A DNA stretch of 64,000 bases from an uncultured Nitrososphaerota archaeon (GTDB lineage: Archaea > Thermoproteota > Nitrososphaeria > Nitrososphaerales > Nitrosopumilaceae), in assembly GCA_963701075.1 (NCBI GenBank), contig OY969559.1, positions 1,851,939-1,915,938 of the forward strand, written 5' to 3'. Position numbers and translations under genes: made by a program. Numbering within the stretch: position 1 is the first letter of the stretch; every line of letters starts with the position of its first letter. Of the stretch, positions 19,650 to 30,244 are shown one piece after another. The notes beneath the pieces were generated by a model that did not search any database, was not told the origin of the DNA, and was given only the letters and a program-made list of their open reading frames with translations.

Positions 19650-19913
19650 ATGTGGATACTTGCACCAAACAAGAAGTTTATCAAACAATACAAGTCATTG
19701 AGTTCTGATTTACAAAAAAGGGTAGACTCGGCACTTGCCGAATTAGTCAAGTCTGAAAACCCTATAAAATTAGGCGACTACAAACCAAGTCTAAAAGTAT
19801 GTGCCTACAACCTTGATAAGAGTAATAGAATTATCTACTCGGTTGATTTTGTAAACAATACAATAGAGCTCCGCAGAGTCGGCACTCATAAACAAGCATA
19901 TGGTAAGGATTAG
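19650..19913 (+). CDS. RelE/ParE (YafQ-like) toxin
   Basis: KKFIKQYKSL...RIIYSVD....IELRRVGTH. Confidence 0.8.
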   Translation: MWILAPNKKFIKQYKSLSSDLQKRVDSALAELVKSENPIKLGDYKPSLKVCAYNLDKSNRIIYSVDFVNNTIELRRVGTHKQAYGKD

Positions 19914-20010
19914 AAATAAGTACGTTTTCACAATAACAATCTTCCAAAAATCCACGACTGGGTCTATTTCTTCGAACAAATGTTTTTTAAACCCGTTATA
20001 GAGCTCTGAA

Positions 20011-20415
20011 ATGTTGTCAGAGCAAGAAACTAAGGAGAAATGGGGAGTTGCCCACATATACAGTAGTTATAACAATACTATTGTCCACATCACAGATGTT
20101 TCTGGTGCCGAGACGGTAGCCATCAGTTCTGGTGGAAGACATGTAAATGCAGACAGGTATGAGTCATCTCCTTATGCTGCAATGAAATCCACTGCAGCTG
20201 TTGTAGGGTCTGCTCATGACAAAGGTTTCACAGGACTTCACATCAGGGTAAGAGCTGTGGGCGGAGTTGGATTGAGAGTTCCAGGACCTGGAGCGCAGGC
20301 AGCAATCAGAGCGCTGGCAAGAGGCGGATTTAAGATCGGCAGAATTGATGACGTAACACCTATTCCTCATGATACGACCCGCAAGAAGGGCGGCAAAAGA
20401 GGAAGAAGAGTCTAG
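20011..20415 (+). CDS. rps11: 30S ribosomal protein S11
   Basis: [19 protein letters not shown]...DVTPIPHD. Confidence 0.97.
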   Translation: MLSEQETKEKWGVAHIYSSYNNTIVHITDVSGAETVAISSGGRHVNADRYESSPYAAMKSTAAVVGSAHDKGFTGLHIRVRAVGGVGLRVPGPGAQAAIRALARGGFKIGRIDDVTPIPHDTTRKKGGKRGRRV

Positions 20416-20738
20416 GTTTCTGTTAGTTTTACCTTTACTTTTGCATTTTTGTTTTCAAAGAAGTTTGTCATAAAACTGGCAAATTTTTCTTCATATGTTT
20501 TTCCTTTAGACGCTTGAATTTTGTCATCAAGTTTTAGTTGCATTGCAGACAAGAGTTCGTCTTTTATCAATATCTTGAAAAACGCCCAGCCAAATCTATT
20601 CATGGGCTCGCTAATAAGAAACCCATCATGTACTTCACAAAGCATTTGCAAGTTATCCATTGCAGAAGAAATTAGTTCAATGTCTGTTTCGTATTTTGTA
20701 CTTGCAATTTCTAAGAGGGTTGGTCTGTTATTCATCAA
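20412..20738 (-). CDS. hypothetical protein
   Basis: 108-aa ORF co-oriented with the rtcB cluster. Confidence 0.7.
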   Translation of the reverse strand: MMNNRPTLLEIASTKYETDIELISSAMDNLQMLCEVHDGFLISEPMNRFGWAFFKILIKDELLSAMQLKLDDKIQASKGKTYEEKFASFMTNFFENKNAKVKVKLTET

Positions 20739-20787
20739 GTTCCCCAGCCAAGGTCTGCAGAAAGAGCCATCTTACATTTCCAGAATA

Positions 20788-21471
20788 CTATTGTAACATA
20801 TTTAGTAATTGATTTACATCCGCTAGACGTAATTTTAGATTATCACGAGTGGTTGCGCTGATAAAAATACTATCTACAAATGTTTGGAGGGATACTTTTG
20901 TTTCAGCAGGAAGACCGCTGACCATTAGCTTGTTAGGCAGCACTGTGGATAATTCTAAGAGTTTTCCCATGTTGATTGCCCTATCGCTTTCAACGGCAAT
21001 CTGTACTTCTAGTTCAATCTTTATGTCATTCAGAAGTTCGATTACACCACTATAATCTGGACGCTCGTGGTCATCAGTCTCTCCTTTCAATTTGTCTGAC
21101 CATGATACCAATTTACCGTCCTGTTCAACTTTTATTGTGGTTTGTACCTTAACTCGAATTCCAATCGACCTAAAAAGCGTAAGAAGTTTTCCCCCATCAA
21201 TAATTTCTGTAACCTCGCCAGACTGTAGCAACTCTGCAAGTTTTGCTACCACCATCCTGGTCTCTTCTGGAAATTGCGCCTCTGCATTTTCAAGAACTTC
21301 CAGGCCCCGATAACCAAGTTTTTTGACAACAATCTCTCGTGGCGATATAGCAGAAGCGGTCGGCTGATTTGTCTTTGATTCCTCAGTTTTCTGTTTTTTG
21401 GAGATGTTTTTTTGCATCTCAAGTAGTCGTTTTGCCTTCAAAAGTTCTAGTTCTTTGTCTTCCTCTGTCAT
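20788..21471 (-). CDS. PDCD5/DUF122-like dsDNA-binding protein with C-terminal extension
   Basis: DKELELLKAKRLLEMQ N-terminus; about 95 extra C-terminal residues. Confidence 0.65.
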   Translation of the reverse strand: MTEEDKELELLKAKRLLEMQKNISKKQKTEESKTNQPTASAISPREIVVKKLGYRGLEVLENAEAQFPEETRMVVAKLAELLQSGEVTEIIDGGKLLTLFRSIGIRVKVQTTIKVEQDGKLVSWSDKLKGETDDHERPDYSGVIELLNDIKIELEVQIAVESDRAINMGKLLELSTVLPNKLMVSGLPAETKVSLQTFVDSIFISATTRDNLKLRLADVNQLLNMLQ

Positions 21472-22949
21472 CCCTTGATTACCCCGATAGGAACGAGTTT
21501 AGCTACTTTTGTTGCTATTCCTAACTCATGAGATACATTTGCCACAGCGTCCACATCTTTGTATGCCTCAGGTGTCTCCTCAACAACACCTTCCCTTGTA
21601 AGAGCTTTTATGAAAATTCCCTTGTCGCCAAGAGATTTTTGAACTTGACTCTCGGTGAAGCTGCGCCTTGCAGCTGATCTTGACATCATCCTTCCTGCAC
21701 CGTGGGCAGTAGAACCAAAGCTCAAGTCCATTGAACCTGGTTTTCCCAAAAGAATCCAACTGCCTGTACCCATGGAGCCTGGAATAAAGACGGGTTGTCC
21801 CAAGTCTCGATATTTCAGCGGTATTTCATCTCGGCCTTTTGGAAATGCCCTTGTTGCGCCTTTTCTGTGAACTACCACTGATTGTAGCTCACCGTCAATT
21901 TTGTGTTTTTCAACCTTTGCTATATTATGAGCCACATCATAGATGAGTTTCATATCCAAATCTTCCTCTGTTTGCCCAAAGACTCGCTCAAATGCCTTTC
22001 TTGTCCAGTGTGTAATCATCTGTCTATTGCTCCAAGCAAAGTTCAATGCTGCAAACATTGCTTTTCTGTAAGATTCACCTTCCTCAGAAGAGTTTGGTAC
22101 GCAAGCAAGTTCTCTATCGACTAGATTTATCTTGTATTTTTGAAGTGCTTGTTCAGATGTTCTGAGATAGTCACTGCAAACCTGATGCCCAAATCCTCGT
22201 GAACCACAATGAATTAGCACTGTAATTTGTCCTTCATTGTAAATTCCCATTCTGTTTGCGGCTTCTTTATCGTGAATTTGATCAACACGTTGAACCTCAA
22301 GAAAGTGATTTCCCGAACCAAGACTGCCAAGTTGTGGAGAACCCCGTTTGCGTGCAGTTTGTGACACTCTACTTGGGTCCGCATTTTTTATTTGACCGTT
22401 TTCTTCACATACATCTGCATCATCTTTTGAGCCATATCCATGATCTACTGCCCATTGCACCCCACGTACAAGAACCTCATCAAGATCTGAAGGGCTCAGT
22501 TTTACAGCTCCCTTTGAGCCAACCCCTGAAGGTATAGATTTGAAAAGCTCAAGTACGAGTTCCTTTAGTTTTGGTCTTACATCTTTTTCATGAAGATTTG
22601 TCCTTACCAGCCTTACACCACAATTAATGTCATAGCCAACTCCTCCAGGGCTTATCATCCCTTTTTCTGCATCCATGGCAGCCACTCCGCCAACTGGAAA
22701 GCCATATCCCTCATGACCATCAGGGAGTACCACTACGTGTTTTACAACTCCCGGTATCGTAGAAACATTTACAGCTTGAGTTATAGTCCTATCAGTTAGC
22801 ATTTTTTGCAATAATCCTTCATCTGCATAGATCGTGACTGGAACCTTCATGCCTCTTGAAGCATCTGCCTCAATGCGATATTCCATATTTCCTATTTTTT
22901 TGGGAATTAACGAAGTCATTTCTTTCTGCGAAAAAGGATATTTGGACAC
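21468..22949 (-). CDS. rtcB: tRNA-splicing ligase RtcB
   Basis: LPDGHEGYGFPVG, GYDINCG, GSLGSGNHFLE, HRKGAT, HGAGR. Confidence 0.97.
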   Translation of the reverse strand: MSKYPFSQKEMTSLIPKKIGNMEYRIEADASRGMKVPVTIYADEGLLQKMLTDRTITQAVNVSTIPGVVKHVVVLPDGHEGYGFPVGGVAAMDAEKGMISPGGVGYDINCGVRLVRTNLHEKDVRPKLKELVLELFKSIPSGVGSKGAVKLSPSDLDEVLVRGVQWAVDHGYGSKDDADVCEENGQIKNADPSRVSQTARKRGSPQLGSLGSGNHFLEVQRVDQIHDKEAANRMGIYNEGQITVLIHCGSRGFGHQVCSDYLRTSEQALQKYKINLVDRELACVPNSSEEGESYRKAMFAALNFAWSNRQMITHWTRKAFERVFGQTEEDLDMKLIYDVAHNIAKVEKHKIDGELQSVVVHRKGATRAFPKGRDEIPLKYRDLGQPVFIPGSMGTGSWILLGKPGSMDLSFGSTAHGAGRMMSRSAARRSFTESQVQKSLGDKGIFIKALTREGVVEETPEAYKDVDAVANVSHELGIATKVAKLVPIGVIKG

Positions 22950-23234
22950 AATTTAAATCATGAGTAACACTGGTTTCTGATTTCTATTTTATCAGCTTGG
23001 TGGTATGTCTATAAAGATCATGTAATCTTTTGCCATCAAGGGAAGATTCCTCATTATGATTATCAATAGTATTGGCGCTATCCATGTCTTTTTTCTCTTC
23101 TTTTTTGATGGTATCCATACCCTCACGTTTGGATATTGATATAAAAGATTAGTGATAAATGGATGAGACCAATGAGAGTTTAATTCACATCTTCTTCAAG
23201 TAGATTTATTTTGCTAGTATAGCTTACTTCAGAT

Positions 23235-24597
23235 ATGCCAATTCTGCCGATTGATGCTGGTCGTTATGGAACAGATGCCATGAAGGAAGTTTTCGATGAT
23301 CAAAAAAAGATCCTGTACCAGCTGAGAGATCGAGGCAGCTGTAGCTCAATCACAATCAGAGATAGGAATGATACCAAAAAGCGCAGCGCAAAATATTGCA
23401 CAGATGGCAAGATCTGGAAAAATCACCACAAAAAGAGTGAAACAGCTAGAGGCAAAAAGTGATCACGACACTGCAGCTCTAGTAGAGGCTCTCAGTGAGA
23501 TATGCAAGTCTTCTTCAAGGCCTTGGATTCATTATGGTTTGACAAGCAATGATCTTGTTGATACCAGTAATTCTTTGCAGATGAGGGACACGATTCGCAT
23601 AATAGAACCCAAGATAGCAAAACTTGCAATCATTTTAGCAGAATTAGCAGTAAAATACAAGGAAATGCCAGCAGTGGGAAGAACTCATGGTCAACACGCA
23701 AGCATAATTTCATTTGGTTTAAAATTTGCAAATCCTGCACTTGAGATGGCAAAACACATTGAAAGAATTGAAGAGGTAAAGAAGAGAATCTTAATTTGTA
23801 AGACTTTGGGTGTGGTTGGGACAGGTTCACTCATGGGAGCAAAGTCACTTGAAGTTCAAAAAAGAGTTGCAAGAAAACTTGCCTTGTTTCCTGCGGATGT
23901 TACAACTCAAGTGGTACCACGTGAAAGATATGCAGAATATGTTTTCGCTCTGGCATTAATTGGCTCTACGCTTGAAAAATTGGCAGTAGAGATACGAAAT
24001 CTTCAAAGAACAGAGATAGGCGAAGTGGCAGAACCATTCAAGAAAGGACAGATGGGAAGTAGTGCGGTTCCAGTCAAGAGAAATCCAGTAAAAAGCGAGC
24101 GAGTCACATCACTTTCAAAGCTATTGCGAAGCCAGATTTCGGTAACATTTGAAAATATTCCTCTTTGGCACGAACGCGACCTTTCAAATTCTGCAAATGA
24201 GCGATTCATTCTTCCCACAAGTGCCATTCTCCTCGATGAGATGCTAGAAGCAATGACAAAAATTCTAAGAGAATTGTACGTCAATGAAGAGCAAATCAAG
24301 AAAAATTTAGAATTCACAAAGGGTCAAATCTTTGCAGAATTTGTGCTTGAGGCACTCATAAAGAAAGGAGTTCCCAGATTTGAAGCATATAGAGACATAC
24401 AACGTGTTGCGTTTGCGGCATTAGAAAATGGGATGGATTTCAGAGATGCAGTAAAAGATGACGGCGCCATATCATCACACCTCACAGAAGAAGAGGTAGA
24501 CAGCATTTTTGTTCCAGAAAATCACCTTGGTGCATCTGGCCAAATAATCAAAAACGTCTACAGTTTAGTCAAAAAGTCCTGTGTCAAGTTTTCTTGA
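23235..24597 (+). CDS. purB: adenylosuccinate lyase (apparent +1 frameshift near 23324)
   Basis: GRTHGQHA and GSSAVPVKRNP; two ORFs join on removing 1 nt. Confidence 0.93.
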
Positions 24598-25345
24598 ATT
24601 TCATCAAATTTTTGTGAATAAGCGAGCCATACTGTAGCGCTTTTTTTCTTTTCAGTGCAGAATCGCTTGGAACTCCAACTGACAGGGCCAGTTTTCGTAT
24701 TATGTGTTTTCGAACCAAGTCATCCTTGTTTTTTATCTTTTCCTCAATTGGAATGGTTTTTGCAAAGGCAATAAATTCCTCAGAAAGTAGTGGTTGCAGT
24801 ATTTTTACACCAAACCCCGAAGATACCACATCTACTGCCTTCATCATTTTAATTTCATTCTCAAGTTTTGACTCCATTAGAACCATAACAGCTTTTTCGC
24901 CATTTTCTATAACTTCCCTGTAAGCATTATACCCGCAAAAGAGTTCATCAATGCCATTTGCTGTAAGAATTTTTTTAATGCCATGCGTTTTTGCAAGTTT
25001 TGATACATAGTAGAAAGCTATACAATTCTCATTCCAAGAAAGATTGTCTGTCATTATTTTTAGTTTAATTTCTTTTGCAACACTAGAGAAAGATTCTTTT
25101 GATATAATGAAAGTGAAATGTTTGAATCCAAGCAAAGTTGCAATTTTCTTTGAAAATTCAATATCATGCGAGCCTTCAAATCCTATCGTAAGTAGCGTTA
25201 CATCAAATCCAATGTCAGAGCAAATTTTTGCCAGTAGCGAACTATCAACACCTCCAGAAAAGGCTATTGCAATTTTTTTTGTTGTCAGTGTATTTTGTAT
25301 TGCACGAATTATTTGCTCATGTATTTGCGTGACAGGATTTGCCAT
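24584..25345 (-). CDS. asparagine synthase C-terminal (PP-loop) domain protein
   Basis: AFSGGVDSS, GIDELFCGY, KKALQYGS. Confidence 0.88.
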   Translation of the reverse strand: MANPVTQIHEQIIRAIQNTLTTKKIAIAFSGGVDSSLLAKICSDIGFDVTLLTIGFEGSHDIEFSKKIATLLGFKHFTFIISKESFSSVAKEIKLKIMTDNLSWNENCIAFYYVSKLAKTHGIKKILTANGIDELFCGYNAYREVIENGEKAVMVLMESKLENEIKMMKAVDVVSSGFGVKILQPLLSEEFIAFAKTIPIEEKIKNKDDLVRKHIIRKLALSVGVPSDSALKRKKALQYGSLIHKNLMKFKKT

Positions 25346-25405
25346 TTGCTTACGATCTAGTACTTTTTCTATGAGAGTTAAATATAGGATTCGCTAGGAA
25401 AAATC

Positions 25406-25693
25406 ATGACACTTGCCAAACTGACCGAGGAGCAAATCCAAAAAGAACTGGCAAATTTGCAAGGATGGAGTGTTGTAAATGGTAAACTGCACAAAGATTT
25501 TGTTTTTGCCGACTTTATAGAGGCCTTTGGCTTTATGACTAGAGCCGCCATCCACATAGAAAAGATGAACCATCATCCAGAGTGGTTTAATGTGTACAAC
25601 AAGATCAAGGTGGAACTGGTAACTCATGATGCAGGCGGAATAACACAAAATGACATCAGCCTTGCAAAAACGCTCAACTCTTTGGCAAAATAG
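25406..25693 (+). CDS. phhB: pterin-4-alpha-carbinolamine dehydratase
   Basis: [19 protein letters not shown]. Confidence 0.95.
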   Translation: MTLAKLTEEQIQKELANLQGWSVVNGKLHKDFVFADFIEAFGFMTRAAIHIEKMNHHPEWFNVYNKIKVELVTHDAGGITQNDISLAKTLNSLAK

Positions 25694-25754
25694 CACTCGT
25701 ACTAACACAACGGCCTGTACAGAATTTATATACGGACAGTCTAAAATTTTTCAA

Positions 25755-26576
25755 ATGCCAAGCGGTTCGGCAATTCTTGACTCGGATTTTCGCTATATCG
25801 ACAAAAAAGGAAATCTCCTAAGGAGCAGGACAGAGCTTTCCATAGCTGAGATGCTAGCATTTCTTGGAGTGGAATATGAATACAATTACAGTCTTACGTT
25901 GAAAAATGGAAATAAAGTTAACGTCGACTTTAAGACTGAAAAAGGACTCATAGAGGTAATAGATGATGAAAAAGACATAACAAAATACAAGGAATTAAAA
26001 CAAGAAAATATAGATGCAAAAATAATTGCCATTGGCCATCCAAAACTTGCTGCCAAGCTAAAAGAGCTTGAAGACATAGTACTTTACAAAACAAAAGATG
26101 TTCAGACTGGTTCGATCTTCATCGAGGATCCCTCGTTTGCATTTGATTATGCACATATCTTGCCGCTGGTAGAAAAATGCTCTATCCTTCATGGCCATAC
26201 GTCATCAGTTATGGTAGAACTTGTAGGAGAGATGAAAAATAACCTACTTGTTGATTTTGGAGAAGCAAAAAAGATTATCAAGGAAGTCATTTCAATTCTA
26301 GACCACAAGTTCTTCATCAACAGAAGATATCTTGCAAAAGAAGATGATCTTCATTACAATATCGCATTTGATGGTCCCAAAGGAAAATTCGATCTCCGGG
26401 TTCCAAAAAATACAACATATCTACTAGAGGGAGAAGCCACAGTTGAAAACCTGTCAACTGAAATAATAAAACTTCTAGTTCCCAAGATGCCAAAGAACAT
26501 AGAAGCGGTTGGGGTATACGTCTACGAGGGCTATAACAAAGGGGCCCACATTATTTCACAGATCTCAAGATCATAG
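25755..26576 (+). CDS. queD: 6-pyruvoyl-tetrahydropterin/QueD synthase with N-terminal nuclease-like domain
   Basis: FDYAH, CSILHGH, VDFG, LDH, TVENL motifs. Confidence 0.85.
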   Translation: MPSGSAILDSDFRYIDKKGNLLRSRTELSIAEMLAFLGVEYEYNYSLTLKNGNKVNVDFKTEKGLIEVIDDEKDITKYKELKQENIDAKIIAIGHPKLAAKLKELEDIVLYKTKDVQTGSIFIEDPSFAFDYAHILPLVEKCSILHGHTSSVMVELVGEMKNNLLVDFGEAKKIIKEVISILDHKFFINRRYLAKEDDLHYNIAFDGPKGKFDLRVPKNTTYLLEGEATVENLSTEIIKLLVPKMPKNIEAVGVYVYEGYNKGAHIISQISRS

Positions 26577-26580
26577 TGAC

Positions 26581-28903
26581 ATGGAACCAAAGATAAAGGA
26601 AACAGCATGGAATCCTGAGATTGAAAAGCAGATTTTAAAACAATGGGAAGACTCTAGAGCCTACGAGTTCAAGCCCCAAGGAGAGATTTTCGTAATTGAT
26701 ACTCCTCCGCCATATCCATCTGGAAGACCTTGGCACATAGGAGCAGCTGCTCATTATGCACAGATAGACATGATAGCAAGAACTGCAAGGATGACAGGAA
26801 AGAGCGTACTCTTTCCAATAGGAATTGACAGAAATGGCCTACCTGTAGAGATGTACACAGAGAAAAAGCACAACATAAGGATGCATGAGACAGACAGAGC
26901 AGAGTTTCTGAAATTGTGCGCCACTGCACTTGATGACCTTGAGGCCGAGATGATTCAGATAATGAAAAACCTTGGACTTAGCGGAAACTTTTCAGAATAT
27001 TATAGAACTGATTCCGAACAATATCGAGCCCTTACGCAGGCCACGTTTATAGAATTGTGGAAAAAGGGTCTGATATACATTGCAAATAGACCAAATAACT
27101 ACGACTGGATTACTGGAACCACTATTGCAGATGCAGAAATAACCTATGAAGAAATTCCAACTAAACTAGTTTACATGAGATTTAAGATAAAAAATTCTGA
27201 CAAAGTTCTCACCATAGCTAGTACCAGGCCTGAGCTTTTGTGTGCATGTCAGGCAATAATTGTAAACCCAGAGGATGAGAGACATATTGATTCCATAGGC
27301 AATAGTGCAATAATTCCCGTTATCAACAGAGAGGTTCAGATTAGAACTCACCCTTCAGCAGAAATGGAATTTGGTTCAGGAGCCGTGATGGTTTGCAGTT
27401 ATGGTGATCAAAACGATGTTGCGTTATTCAGAGAACTCAAACTACAAGAGATTGTAGCTATTGGCAAAAATGGCAGAATGACCGAAGTTGCAGGGCAATA
27501 TGCAGGACTCAAAGTAAAACAGGCAAGAGAAAAGATAATCGAGGACCTTCAAAACCAAGGCTTGGTCGAGAAGGTAGAAAACATCAATCACAGAACCCCC
27601 ATTTCCGAGAGGAGTAAGGCACCAATTGAGATAATCCCCATGGAAGAATATTATCTAAAGCAAAAAGAGTCCGTAGGAAAAATCAAGGAATTAGGCTCCA
27701 AGATTGTCTTTCATCCTTCCATGCACAAACAAATCCTCATGAATTGGCTAGAATCAATAACCATTGACTGGCCTATTTCAAGAAGGAGATTTTACGGAAC
27801 AGAGATTCCAATATGGTACTGCAAAAAATGTTCAGAGCCGCACATACCTGAACCTGGCAAATATTACAAACCATGGAAAGATCCAAGCCCCATCTCAAAA
27901 TGTACAAAATGTGGTGCAACTGAGTTTGTCGGAGAGGAAAGAACGTTTGATACTTGGATGGATTCAAGCGTCTCACCGCTATATGTCTCAAAATATGGTC
28001 ATGACGAAGAATTTTTCAAAAAGACTTATCCTGCAACAATCAGACCACAGTCCAAAGATATCGTGAGAACGTGGCTCTATTACACAATCTTGAGGTGCGA
28101 ACAGACTTACTGGACAGACACCATGGAGTGAGGCATGGATTATGGGCTATGGTGTTGATGAACATGGAGCAAAAATGAGCAAAAGTAAGGGAAATGTTAT
28201 CGATCCCCTCCCGGTAATTCAAAAATTTGGCGCAGATACATTTCGATTCTGGAGTGCAAGCGAGATAAATCTTGGTTATGACTTTAGATGCTCTGAGCAA
28301 AAAATTGAAACCACAAAGAAATTTCTAAGCAAACTCTGGAACATATCTAGATTCCTATCAGGCTTTCCAATTGTCAGGTCAGTCAAAACATATCCTGCAG
28401 ATAAATGGATACTATCAGAATTGGATAAAGTTGTATCAGAATGCAAGAAGGGATTTGATGATTACAACTTTTTTGTCCCTTCAACTAGCATTCGCGAGTT
28501 TACATGGAATTTATTTGCAGCACATTATATTGAAATGGTGAAAGGCCGTGCATACAGCAGCAGTTTTAGTGAAGAAGAAAGAGATGCGGCAATTTTCACA
28601 CTGCACAAAGTTCTTTCCACACTGCTTCTTCTTCTTGCACCGATAACACCATTTATCACAGATTATCTTTGGCAGGCTCTATACTCTGATAAAACAATTC
28701 ACACGGAAAAGTTTCCACAGCAAGAAAATCACGAAGACTGGACAAGATTCACAAAACCAATTACAGAGTTTAACTCTAACGTATGGAATAAGAAAAAGGA
28801 ACAAAACCTATCTTTGAAGGATTCAATTGAGATGGGCATTCCTGATGAGTTGCAACAGTTTGCAAAGGACTTGCAAGCCATGCATAACCTAAAGTCCCAA
28901 TAG
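26581..28903 (+). CDS. valS: valyl-tRNA synthetase (apparent +1 frameshift near 28105)
   Basis: DTPPPYPSG..HIGA, DWPISR, DTWMDSS, KMSKS; ORFs join on removing 1 nt. Confidence 0.95.
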
Positions 28904-28975
28904 ATTCCTTTTTTCAAAGCCGAGTTTCAAAAATTATATTTCCTTTAAATAGTGATTTTTGACTATGCTATGTAA

Positions 28976-29974
28976 TTGAAGGCAGTAGTAATTAGAAAAC
29001 ACGGCGGCCCAGATGTTTTGTCATATGAAGAAATCGATGGGCCGCAGACAACCAAGGGTCATGCAATAGTTAAAGTGGATTATTGTGCGGTAAACCACCT
29101 TGACATATGGGTTAGAAACGGTTTGCCTGGTAAGCAAGTTTTATTTCCTCATATTCTAGGCTGCGATATTTCTGGCACCCTTGTAGAGGGCTTTGGAAAA
29201 TTCAAGAAAGGTGACAAGGTCATAGTGCACCCAGCCATACAAAGCGATGTACCAAGAACATCATTTTCCATCATAGGAGGTTTTGGCAAGTATCATGGAG
29301 GCTATGCAGAGTTGGTTCGAGTTCCACAAAAAAACATTGTAAAAAAACCAAGTTGGTTTACCGACATGGAAGCATGTGCATTGAACGTATCATATCTTAC
29401 TGCATGGAACATGCTTGAAAGATCCAGATGCAAAGAAGGCGATACCGTATTCATTTGGGGTGCAAACAGCGGTGTTGGCTCTGCTGCAATACTGCTTGCC
29501 AAGGCAAGAGGTTTTAGAATCATAACGGTTGTATCAAATGAAGATAAGACAGGCCTTGCAAGAAAACTTGGCGCGCATCTAGTCATAGATAGAAACAAGT
29601 CAGACGTAATGGCTGAGACGCTAAAGTATACCAACAACCAAGGCGTTGATGCAGTAATTGATCATGTCGGAGCAAAGACATGGCCAACAAGTATCGAGAT
29701 ACTCAAGGTAGGCGGAAAAATGATTGCCTGCGGTACCACCACCGGAGGAGAAGCTAATGTAAACATTAGAGCTTTGTACAGCAAGGAGGCAAGCATAATT
29801 GGCGCATATCTTGGTACAAAATTACAGTTAATTGCACTGCATAAATTCATGAAATCAAATAAAATAAGGCCAATAATTGACAGCGTATTTTCCCTCAAAG
29901 ATGCCCAGCTAGCGCATCAAAAGATGGAAGAGGGCTCTCAGTTTGGAAAGATAATCCTAAAGGTTTCTCACTGA
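28976..29974 (+). CDS. medium-chain dehydrogenase/quinone oxidoreductase
   Basis: HGGPDVL, NHLD, GANSGVG, QFGKIIL. Confidence 0.9.
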   Translation: MKAVVIRKHGGPDVLSYEEIDGPQTTKGHAIVKVDYCAVNHLDIWVRNGLPGKQVLFPHILGCDISGTLVEGFGKFKKGDKVIVHPAIQSDVPRTSFSIIGGFGKYHGGYAELVRVPQKNIVKKPSWFTDMEACALNVSYLTAWNMLERSRCKEGDTVFIWGANSGVGSAAILLAKARGFRIITVVSNEDKTGLARKLGAHLVIDRNKSDVMAETLKYTNNQGVDAVIDHVGAKTWPTSIEILKVGGKMIACGTTTGGEANVNIRALYSKEASIIGAYLGTKLQLIALHKFMKSNKIRPIIDSVFSLKDAQLAHQKMEEGSQFGKIILKVSH

Positions 29975-30200
29975 CAAATTGCCTGCAATCACAATCTAGT
30001 ACTAGGCATGTCTCTTTTGTTCTGATATGATCATCTATTGAATGGCCGCATTTTACATTTTTACATATGCGCCTTGTTTCTTCTCTTTGGACAACTTTTT
30101 GGGCTATCTGATTTGCCTGTTCTTTAGAATATCCTTTTTTGTCAATGTAATAGTGTACCACCCTGTTGTACAATTCACTTGGATCAAACCTACGGCTCAT
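29895..30200 (-). CDS. hypothetical Zn-binding protein
   Basis: CKNVKCGH...H...CLVLDCDC. Confidence 0.7.
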   Translation of the reverse strand: MSRRFDPSELYNRVVHYYIDKKGYSKEQANQIAQKVVQREETRRICKNVKCGHSIDDHIRTKETCLVLDCDCRQFVSEKPLGLSFQTESPLPSFDALAGHL

Positions 30201-30244
30201 CGTACAGATAATATCACATCAAAACATTTTAAGTTGCTGAGTAA

